Position numbers and translations under genes: made by a program. From an uncultured Gammaproteobacteria bacterium (GTDB lineage: Bacteria; Patescibacteriota; Patescibacteriia; Magasanikbacterales; UBA922), in contig CAYMVY010000001.1 in NCBI GenBank assembly GCA_964394405.1, positions 166,546-230,545 on the forward strand: a DNA stretch of 64,000 bases, read 5' to 3'. Shown one piece after another: positions 27,529 to 35,455 of this stretch. Within the stretch, counting starts at the first letter, position 1; every line of letters begins with the position of its first letter. The notes under the pieces are model-generated. The model was not told where the DNA came from and ran no database searches. It saw nothing but the letters and a program-made list of their open reading frames with translations.

Positions 27529-28491
27529 TCATTTATCGGCAGTCGTCGGCAGCTTGATTTTACTAAACCACGGACAACGCACAAGGAAAGATTCCTCATG
27601 CTCAGCCCAGGTACAGTCATCGAACGCCGGGTCCCCTTCGTCAATACGACCATCACAGTCGTTGTCGCCCCCATCCTGGAAGTCGTACCCTTCTCGATGC
27701 GGCCCAACGAGTATGGACTCACCAGTCTGCATGAGAGAGATCCCGTAGGGACAAACAAGGCGGTCCAAGAAGAGAAGCCTCTCCTCATGAAACTCACAGA
27801 GCACAGCCGCGTGCCCCAGCCTAGGGTCATCAGCGCAGTCGCAAGTTGTCTGACCAAGTGCAGGCAGACCATCGCATGCAGGATAGCCATCGCGGTCGCA
27901 GTCGTTGCCAGGCAGAGAATAGCACTCAACAAAGAAGAGGGTAGCCGGGGAATTCAGTGTGGAGTCGTTAGCTTCCTCTTCTTGACCGACGGTACCCAAA
28001 CCGAGAGCTCCATCAACCACCCCATCGCAGTTGTCACCTTTCCAGTCTGTAGCGCCAGGATGGTTGAGATTACTCCCATCCATCTTGAACGCACCGCTAT
28101 CAGACCCAACAGTGGGGCGTTCACCATCGCTCGGATTGTCATCGCAGTCGCCGCCACGAAGTTCGTTGACCTGGAAGACGGGATTCAGTGATCCGACGCA
28201 GGGCGCCGTCTCGCAGAACCCATCTCCATCGTCGTCGTAGTTGTCGGCGGTCATGTCTGCCATGAGCCCGCCGTCAGAGCCAGAAGCGCCGATCGGAACT
28301 CTGCCATGACGATCGACGAAGAGGTGGCACATGCCCGTGCTAGGGATGCAGTAGTGCCCGTTGTCACAGTCCGAGTTCACGGAACAGCTCTTCGCCTCTC
28401 CACCAGACTGACGCTCGATGAGCAGGTAGACGGCGGTCGCGAGGAGGACAGCGGCGAGCGAGAGGAGAGCGATCAGAGAAAACTTCTTCAT
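27529..28491 (-). CDS. secreted Cys/Asp-rich repeat protein (MopE-like putative metal-binding motifs), GC-rich island gene
   Basis: Signal peptide MKKFSLIALLSLAAVLLA; repeated DGDGFCE, DCDRDGYPACDG, DNDCDGRIDEGD motifs; SD aagga 7 nt upstream; local GC about 58%. Confidence 0.55.
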   Translation of the reverse strand: MKKFSLIALLSLAAVLLATAVYLLIERQSGGEAKSCSVNSDCDNGHYCIPSTGMCHLFVDRHGRVPIGASGSDGGLMADMTADNYDDDGDGFCETAPCVGSLNPVFQVNELRGGDCDDNPSDGERPTVGSDSGAFKMDGSNLNHPGATDWKGDNCDGVVDGALGLGTVGQEEEANDSTLNSPATLFFVECYSLPGNDCDRDGYPACDGLPALGQTTCDCADDPRLGHAAVLCEFHEERLLFLDRLVCPYGISLMQTGESILVGPHREGYDFQDGGDNDCDGRIDEGDPAFDDCTWAEHEESFLVRCPWFSKIKLPTTADK

Positions 28492-28734
28492 CTCATTTTC
28501 CTTTTCTGTGTGTGTTTACCCCACTTCAAGCCGGGGTGCATAGCATTTCACATACCAAATTTGATATGCACAATGCTACGCACCCGCATATAAACCATGT
28601 CGAATTGTAATGAACTATTTTATTTTCTTTTTCGGATTTCGTCCTAATTTTCAGGACTCATCAGTGCCGATTTAATCGACAGATCCTTTGGAGCCAGCTC
28701 GACCTAGTGTCGAGTCTGGCTCCGGTTGAGAACG

Positions 28735-29577
28735 TTACTGCTGCGGAGGCAGGGCAAACCACCAGGTGATCTGATAGGTGTTGCCCGACTCAACGTCTGT
28801 CACGTTGATGCTGACGGACATTTGGATCTCGGCAGCCTGAGCTTCAGTAATATCGGGGAGATACACCCCAGCCAAAATTTCCATTTCGGCGCTCGGCGGA
28901 ACGGTATACCCGCCCATCTCGCAGGTTGCGAAGACTGTGTGCTCGAACGTCGTCTCATCGCACGAGCGTGGAAAGAAAGCGGCACGTCCCACATCTCCGA
29001 GATACAGCGAGACCTGATCATCGTCTGCATCACCCTGAGTGGGAATATTGTGACCCTGCACGATGACGTGATTGATCACGACTCCGTATCCGCAATTGTC
29101 TTCGATCGCGACCCTCATCTCAACCCACATATTCGCAATACCCGGAGCGGTGTTGATCATCAGATCACTGGTCCATGTCGTTTCAATGAGCGAGCTGATG
29201 TACGCGCCACGCTGAGGGTAGTCGGTGTACGGCTCGCACAAGTCTTCCTCAGCCTGCCGATCGCCGAGCGGCAAGCTGGTGCCGTCCGGACACACGAGGT
29301 TCGCTGTACCGTCACCATTGTCGACGAGAGTACAACTCTCTCCATCCTCACCATCCTGCCCCGGGATTCCCTGCGGACCCTGGGGCCCCATGGCACCGTC
29401 GGTACCATCTTCCCCATCGATCCCGCTCTTGCCCGGGTCTCCTCGGTCCCCCTTGTCACCCTTCTCACCCGCCGGACCCTGGGGGCCCGGTTCTCCCTCG
29501 ACGACGTACGTATCGCACGCGAAGAGGAAGAGGTTGAAGAACGAGACGAGAACGACGAGAAAACGAATCGTGGCCAT
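28735..29577 (-). CDS. secreted collagen-like (Gly-X-Y) repeat protein, GC-rich island gene
   Basis: Signal peptide then GEPGPQGPAGEKGDKGDRGDPGKSGIDGEDGTDGAMGPQGPQGIPGQDGEDG; SD ggaggtg upstream. Confidence 0.55.
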   Translation of the reverse strand: MATIRFLVVLVSFFNLFLFACDTYVVEGEPGPQGPAGEKGDKGDRGDPGKSGIDGEDGTDGAMGPQGPQGIPGQDGEDGESCTLVDNGDGTANLVCPDGTSLPLGDRQAEEDLCEPYTDYPQRGAYISSLIETTWTSDLMINTAPGIANMWVEMRVAIEDNCGYGVVINHVIVQGHNIPTQGDADDDQVSLYLGDVGRAAFFPRSCDETTFEHTVFATCEMGGYTVPPSAEMEILAGVYLPDITEAQAAEIQMSVSINVTDVESGNTYQITWWFALPPQQ

Positions 29578-29928
29578 GATACACCTCCATAGGCGTAGTT
29601 GATCCCTTCAGCCGGCCAGGCCAAAAGGATAGTTGTGTATGGTACTAGTCAACGTGACTACCCATTGGTGTGCCAAGCATTTAGCAGACCAATATGTAGT
29701 CACGTTAGTAAAAATCAATTGGAAAGGACTATTATTTTAACGAGCTAGTATAACATATATGCGCAAATTTGTCAAGGTAATTGGGTAATATTTTGGCTAA
29801 TTTTAGCAAAATTTGCTTAACTCAGTATACTATTTTTCTTCTGCTCAATGTTATATACCCCAGTCTTCATGTTTTCCCCAACCTATCCCCCACCAAAAGC
29901 CCTAATTTGTATACAATATTCTACACAT

Positions 29929-29969
29929 TGTGGATAATTATGTGGAAAAGTACGCACATATGTGGATAA
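29929..29969. promoter_or_regulatory. DnaA-box cluster distant from dnaA: tgtggataa (x2, perfect reverse complement of TTATCCACA) plus tgtggaaaa
   Basis: Boxes at 29929-29937, 29941-29949, 29961-29969, all same orientation; flanked by palindromic ttttggctaaNtttagcaaaat copies at about 29786 and 30022. Confidence 0.45.
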
Positions 29970-30066
29970 ACTATGCTTGTATACACTATTATATACAAAC
30001 AAAAAAAGAAAAAACAAGATAATTTTGGCTAAAATTAGCAAAATAAAAACAGTTTTGGTCAAATCC

Positions 30067-30095
30067 TTGACGATATGTTCAAAAAATGCTATACT
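30067..30095 (+). promoter_or_regulatory. strong sigma-70 promoter TTGACG-17-TGcTATACT
   Basis: Near-consensus -35, 17-nt spacer, extended -10 TG, read directly. Confidence 0.5.
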
Positions 30096-30101
30096 GTATT
30101 T

Positions 30102-30428
30102 GTTGATCTTTGACATATTGAGATTCTCCCCCTAGTGGGAATTGGAATCTCCTACACCGATTGCACTACTCACCGTCCGGCCAAGGCCGGATAAACACCA
30201 ACATCAAAAACAAACACGGTCTGAATGTGGCACCTCGCCCTTTCAACACCCTTTGAGTGGTCAATCAGGTACTATTTTCCAGGGAATATCTGGCGTTTCC
30301 CAAGCGATCTCAGTCGTTATCAACGAAGACGATTGAGACAGCTTGGGGAAAACCGAACCCTAGAAAACTACCGGCTTTCCAGCCATAAAATATTATTTCA
30401 TGGGTCTCGGACAGCCGGTTTTTATATT
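30102..30428 (+). ncRNA. candidate structured non-coding RNA (about 330 nt) downstream of the promoter, unknown family
   Basis: No convincing ORF (only 64 and 84 aa overlapping frames). Stable hairpins: gagattc…gaatctc, tccggcc-aa-ggccgga, 10-bp stem tctcagtcgt…acgattgaga. GC higher than flanks. Ends at a weak hairpin + T5 near 30419. Confidence 0.3.
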
Positions 30429-30534
30429 TACAATAAAAAATTTGCTTTCTTTATTCTTTTTGGTATAATTTGTGCATAATTGATTTTTCTTGAAATACTC
30501 CTCGCAAGCCCCCTCTCTCATAAGCACCCATCCT

Positions 30535-30933
30535 ATGATCAAAGTACATCCTGATTCTGGACTTACCGAACAATTCATACTAGAAATGAAAGATCTTTTG
30601 ATACAAGAGAGGGAAAAACTCGAAGAAGATTTGAGCACCTTTACCGTCAAAGATGAACACGTACCGAATAATACCAACACGGTTTTCCCTGACTACGGTA
30701 CTGAGCCAGAAGATAATGCGCACGAAGTTGAGGATTTTATCACCAACAAATCTCTTGAAGAAGTTTTAGAAAAACAACTCCGCGATATCGAATCAGCGCT
30801 CAAACGGATTGAAAATGGTACTTACGGTATCTGCAAATTTACTGGGAAAGCGATCGGGGAAAAACGTCTCCGCGCACGGCCTACATCTAGCACAACCGTG
30901 GAAGCAAAAAAATTCCTCACCGATGAAGCATAA
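30535..30933 (+). CDS. DksA/TraR-family protein lacking the C4 zinc-finger cysteines
   Basis: Coiled-coil then ENGTYGICKFTGKAIGEKRLRARP (DksA C-terminus with only one Cys). Confidence 0.45.
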   Translation: MIKVHPDSGLTEQFILEMKDLLIQEREKLEEDLSTFTVKDEHVPNNTNTVFPDYGTEPEDNAHEVEDFITNKSLEEVLEKQLRDIESALKRIENGTYGICKFTGKAIGEKRLRARPTSSTTVEAKKFLTDEA

Positions 30934-31387
30934 TCTCTATACAGTATTTCAAAATATCTCTAGACGCCATTGGCTCAGTATATTCAGTGGCGTTTTTTGT
31001 ATTACGATCGATCAGATAGCAAAATTTGGCGCACGAGCTTTTCCCGAATACACGCTCTATATAATTCCAAACCTAGTGGGGTGGGAATATTTTGAAAACC
31101 CTGGTATCGCATTTGGAATCCCCCTACCACAATTCATTGTAATTCCACTAAGTATAGTAATCATACTTGCCGGAATCATATTTCTCAAAAAAGAAAACAT
31201 ACATAAAACACAAATACTTGGGTGCTCTCTGCTTATCGCAGGAGCTATCTCGAACCTATATGATCGCATGATGTACGGGATAACAATTGACTATATCCGA
31301 ATATTTACCTCAATTTTCAATCTAGCTGATAGTGCGATTGTACTCGGAGGAATTTTACTTCTCAAAAAAAATAAAATTAAAGATTAA
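30923..31387 (+). CDS. lspA: lipoprotein signal peptidase (signal peptidase II)
   Basis: 4 TM; conserved LYDRMMYGITIDYI and FNLADSAIVLG blocks with catalytic Asp residues; start overlaps previous gene by 11 nt. Confidence 0.75.
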   Translation: MKHNLYTVFQNISRRHWLSIFSGVFCITIDQIAKFGARAFPEYTLYIIPNLVGWEYFENPGIAFGIPLPQFIVIPLSIVIILAGIIFLKKENIHKTQILGCSLLIAGAISNLYDRMMYGITIDYIRIFTSIFNLADSAIVLGGILLLKKNKIKD

Positions 31388-31482
31388 AAATTGGAAAATT
31401 TGTAATGTAATCTCCAGTCTTCAATCTTCATTTTTTTCTCTTCTGTGTTATACTGACTATATTATCCTTAAGGAGGGACAAT

Positions 31483-33003
31483 ATGTTTACTTCGGTTCCA
31501 TCAGCCGCTGTACTCGGTCTTGACTGTACATCAATTAGTGTTGAAGTAGATATCTCTGGCACCTGGCCAGGATTTACCATCGTAGGACTCCCCGATGCTG
31601 CGATACAAGAAGCACGCGAGCGTATTCGAACTGCATGGAAAAATAGCAACATCTCTTTCCCAAACAATAGTCGAATCATCGTCAATCTCGCTCCAGCAGA
31701 CGTACGAAAAGAGGGTTCATCATATGATCTCCCAATTGCTCTTGGCATGTACCTGTCTGTAGAAAAAATTGAACTTGATATCTCAAAAATGCTTTTTGTC
31801 GGAGAATTGGCGCTCGATGGTACACTCCGGCATACAACAGGAATTCTACCCCTTGCAATATTTGCAAAAGAAAAAGGAATACGTGCATTATTTATTCCCG
31901 AGGTAGATGCTCCTGAGGCTTCGATAATTGAAGGAATTACCATCTACCCAGTACGATCATTTCAAGCATTACTTGATCATCTGCGTGGAATAAAACCAAT
32001 ACCCCCACAACCAACCTTAGATATTTCCACCTGGACTGAGCAGTACATGAGCGATATGGATATGTCTCTAGTCAAAGGTCAAGAATTTGTAAAACGTGGG
32101 TTAGAAATAGCGGCAAGTGGTGCACACAATATTCTCTTAAGTGGTCCTCCCGGTTCAGGAAAAACACTCCTCGCACGCACGCTCCCCTCAATTCTTCCAA
32201 AAATGACAGTGGATGAAATGATTGAAGTCACCAAAATCTACTCGGTTGCCGGATTACTCCCAAGTAATCGACCTATTGTTACGACACGTCCTTTTAGATC
32301 ACCACATCATAGTGCGTCTGGTGTTGCCCTCGTAGGTGGAGGAAAATTTCCAAAACCAGGTGAAATCTCTCTCGCGCACCGAGGAGTTCTATTCTTAGAT
32401 GAATTCCCTGAATTTCCTCGATTAGTACTAGAAAATTTGCGCCAACCTCTGGAGGATGGTGTCATTAGTATCTCTCGAGCACAGGGTACCGTTGCATTCC
32501 CAGCGCGCTTTTCACTGGTCGCGAGCCAGAATCCCTGTCCATGTGGGTATGCAACTGACCCAGGAAGATCATGTTCTTGCTCGCCTATCCAAGTGGAACG
32601 ATACAAGAAAAAAATTAGTGGTCCACTGATTGATCGTATTGACTTGCATGTTGAAGTGCCAAAAGTACAATTCGAAAAACTTTCAAATAATGAAATTGGA
32701 GAAACTTCCGACTCTATCAGAGCACGCGTTGAAGAAGCCCGTGCACGACAAACTCGCCGTTTTAAAAATGTACCAATAGAAACAAATGCTGAGATGAAAA
32801 ATAGAGAATTAAAAGAATTTTGTATATTAAATGAAACCTCAATTGAGTTGATGCGTCAGGCAGTGACTCATATGAATTTGTCAGCAAGAAGTTATTATCG
32901 AATTATCAAAGTCGCACGCACGATTGCAGATCTCGGTGCACATGATGACATTCAAACTGAACATGTTGCGGAAGCACTACAATACCGAACCAAAGCCGAA
33001 TAA
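31483..33003 (+). CDS. YifB/ComM-family Mg-chelatase-like AAA+ ATPase
   Basis: Lon-like N-domain, Walker A GPPGSGKT, sensor motifs, C-terminal Mg-chelatase subunit ChlI domain. Confidence 0.85.
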   Translation: MFTSVPSAAVLGLDCTSISVEVDISGTWPGFTIVGLPDAAIQEARERIRTAWKNSNISFPNNSRIIVNLAPADVRKEGSSYDLPIALGMYLSVEKIELDISKMLFVGELALDGTLRHTTGILPLAIFAKEKGIRALFIPEVDAPEASIIEGITIYPVRSFQALLDHLRGIKPIPPQPTLDISTWTEQYMSDMDMSLVKGQEFVKRGLEIAASGAHNILLSGPPGSGKTLLARTLPSILPKMTVDEMIEVTKIYSVAGLLPSNRPIVTTRPFRSPHHSASGVALVGGGKFPKPGEISLAHRGVLFLDEFPEFPRLVLENLRQPLEDGVISISRAQGTVAFPARFSLVASQNPCPCGYATDPGRSCSCSPIQVERYKKKISGPLIDRIDLHVEVPKVQFEKLSNNEIGETSDSIRARVEEARARQTRRFKNVPIETNAEMKNRELKEFCILNETSIELMRQAVTHMNLSARSYYRIIKVARTIADLGAHDDIQTEHVAEALQYRTKAE

Positions 33004-33104
33004 CATGCAATATACGTAGAAAAAAATACAAGATTCTGTCTTGTATTTTTGTATATTTTCCCCTGCCTACCAGGCAGATTTACATGTATATTGTATGTTA
33101 CAAA

Positions 33105-34487
33105 TTATTTTCGCACGTATGACAATGGATTCTGGTATTTATTGTTAACTCGGATCTCAAAATGTACGTGAGGTCCTGTAGTTCGCCCCGTCAACCCAAT
33201 AAGTGCTATGGTTTGACCCTGAGTTACGGTATCTCCTACCTCTACGTACATCTGCCCAGCATGCGCATACCACGATACCACACCACCTCCGTGATCTACT
33301 TTGATATAACATCCATACCCACCATTATACCCACACTGCGAGGTGATGACGGTACCTGCTTTTATTGCGTAAATTGGTGTGCCGAGCGGACCGGCGATAT
33401 CAAGACCTGTGTGGCGAAGACCGAAATACTGGGTAATGGTTTTTGCTCCAGTTGGCCAAATGTACCCACCTCCAGCAGGAACATCGACTGAAGGTGGAGG
33501 TGCGGTCACCCCATCAATCACATCAGGTTTACCAATAATAGCAGGGGTCTGAGTGATCACTGGCTTTGGACGTGGTTTTACTCCACCTGGTACAATAAGC
33601 TTCTCACCCACAGTTAATACTGCACCAGTCTCTCCCAGATCATTAAATTCAGAAATATTTTCAGTATTTGCAGCATAAGTACGGGCAATTTTTGAAAGCG
33701 TATCCCCTTTTACAACTGTATGCACCACACCGTCAACAGGAAGAATGATTAATTTCTGACCAGGTCGAATATATGAGCGTGCAGTCATGTTGTTTGCAGA
33801 CAAAATTGTTTCCATAGTAAGTCCAAATTGCGCAGCAATTGAGCCAAGCACATCACCGGACTGGACTTCGTAAGTTATAATGTCAGTACGGGCGTCACTA
33901 GGTCCTGACTGTTGAGGATCCACCAGACCAAAATCTACTCCAGGCATAATAATTGGTTTGGTAAGAGCAGTTCCGCCTGCCACAATACTCGTGAATTCAA
34001 TTGGATTAGTGCGCAAAGACTGTGTATCACCACTATAGAGGGCTACCTGTCTCCATGAATCAGCAGGAGTGATGGTCGACACATCCATTGTATTCAGAAT
34101 CTCGTCAGACTCATACGCCTGATCACCTGGTCCAACTAGTGCATACAGCATGGTATGACGGCCCGCAATCTCATCATAGGCTCGTGTATATAGCCTACTG
34201 TGAGGAAGCATAATACATAACGCTACAATAAAAAGTACTATTTGTAATACACCCCTTCTCCCAAAGACATCAAGCGGTCCTTGCTGTTTGGTGAGTGAAA
34301 ATTTTTGAAATCTTTTTTTTATTCGATCAATCCCACGATAGATATAAAAGCCGAGTGTCCGTGAGTAGAGATAATTGATAGAGAGGATAACATTCCATAA
34401 AAAATGTAATATCCAAAAAACAAACCTTTTGATATATATGGCCACCCGAAGCAATGCTAACCCAATTGTATACCAGTTGATTTTCAT
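33105..34487 (-). CDS. M23 family metallopeptidase with two LysM domains
   Basis: LysM (YTVKSGDTLSKIA; YEVQSGDVLGSIA) and M23 active site HxxxD…GTTGPHVHFEI. Confidence 0.75.
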   Translation of the reverse strand: MKINWYTIGLALLRVAIYIKRFVFWILHFLWNVILSINYLYSRTLGFYIYRGIDRIKKRFQKFSLTKQQGPLDVFGRRGVLQIVLFIVALCIMLPHSRLYTRAYDEIAGRHTMLYALVGPGDQAYESDEILNTMDVSTITPADSWRQVALYSGDTQSLRTNPIEFTSIVAGGTALTKPIIMPGVDFGLVDPQQSGPSDARTDIITYEVQSGDVLGSIAAQFGLTMETILSANNMTARSYIRPGQKLIILPVDGVVHTVVKGDTLSKIARTYAANTENISEFNDLGETGAVLTVGEKLIVPGGVKPRPKPVITQTPAIIGKPDVIDGVTAPPPSVDVPAGGGYIWPTGAKTITQYFGLRHTGLDIAGPLGTPIYAIKAGTVITSQCGYNGGYGCYIKVDHGGGVVSWYAHAGQMYVEVGDTVTQGQTIALIGLTGRTTGPHVHFEIRVNNKYQNPLSYVRK

Positions 34488-34600
34488 ACAGATGTACTGT
34501 CTATCATACCTTAAAATCCGACTTTTTTCAACGGGTACAGTCGTGCTTGAAAAATAGACTTTGCTATGATATTATATGGCTGAGTTATCATGTTCTACAC

Positions 34601-34671
<71 letters not shown>

Positions 34672-34695
34672 CTAATACATTATCTTAAAAATGTA

Positions 34696-34752
34696 AGACA
34701 GAGGTCTGCAACCCCGCACCGTTCGGATGCAGGGCGATTCCCATCGGTACCT
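34696..34752 (+). pseudogene. partial duplicate of tRNA-Cys 3' portion (agaggtctgcaa…attcccatcggtacctc) with replaced middle
   Basis: 12 nt of anticodon region and last 17 nt identical to the tRNA 25 nt upstream; no acceptor 5' half or D-arm. Confidence 0.45.
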
Positions 34753-34761
34753 CAAAATAAA

Positions 34762-34792
34762 AAAGAGCCGCATTACAATGCAGCTCTTTTGT
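34762..34792. terminator. bidirectional terminator (agagccgcattacaatgcagctct + T4)
   Basis: Hairpin between tRNA-Cys locus and convergent minus-strand gene. Confidence 0.55.
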
Positions 34793-34799
34793 ATTTATG

Positions 34800-35336
34800 T
34801 TATTTCGAGTAAATTTCCATAGTCACCTTCTTCACACCAAATTGTTTTGCCTCTGCTTTGGTAGGCATCCAAATATCTCCTCTACCCACACCATACCGAG
34901 CATTCATACGATCACGTACCGTGAACACCTTATCACCGTAGAGATCAGGAAAACGTACTTTGGTCCCTAGAGGTAAAAAATTTGCCGCAATAGTATCTCG
35001 TTCCCCATATTTCTCATACTGTTCACAGAGATTGTATTTCCAATCTGCAGGAATACAAGGGGTTGCGTCAGTCTGAGCAACTTCACTTGAGTATGCAGTC
35101 ATAACTGCAGCAATAACACGAGTTGGCTTACGATCTTCTACTTCAGGAAATGAATTTTCTTGAGTTTCGACGATGGCTTCATTTGAAGAAAAAAAGTTCG
35201 CTATACCCTTGAGAGCCGAAGAAACCGCACCGGCCTGAGCATGTACAGGAGTGGCTACAAAAACTGAGGCTACAAAAAGACTAATCATGACAACTAAAGC
35301 CCCACGAGACACCCTACTATAGATAGTATTAATCAT
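34800..35336 (-). CDS. 3D-domain (MltA-like/YuiC-like) cell-wall-associated protein
   Basis: Signal peptide; VMTAYSSEVAQTDATP … DRMNARYGVGRGDIWMP matches the 3D domain signature. Confidence 0.55.
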   Translation of the reverse strand: MINTIYSRVSRGALVVMISLFVASVFVATPVHAQAGAVSSALKGIANFFSSNEAIVETQENSFPEVEDRKPTRVIAAVMTAYSSEVAQTDATPCIPADWKYNLCEQYEKYGERDTIAANFLPLGTKVRFPDLYGDKVFTVRDRMNARYGVGRGDIWMPTKAEAKQFGVKKVTMEIYSK

Positions 35337-35455
35337 AGAGTCTGCAGTTTGATTACTGTGAGGGTACACCCCTCTCCAGGGCCACTGAATCAAAAAGATA
35401 CCGTGTATGGTATCTTGCGTTCAGTAACGGCATATAGTACCATATAAAAGAAGTT

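Noticed and set aside
28726-29592. 288-aa plus-strand ORF covering the collagen-like gene
   Set aside because: It lies antisense to an ORF that has a signal peptide, an SD and uninterrupted Gly-X-Y repeats. High GC suppresses stop codons on both strands, so the long antisense frame is expected by chance.
30142-30479. 64-aa and 84-aa ORFs inside the promoter-proximal GC-elevated stretch
   Set aside because: They overlap in different frames, lack an RBS and give low-complexity Pro/Gln/Ser-rich peptides. The region folds into several strong hairpins, so an RNA product is favoured. Confidence is low either way.
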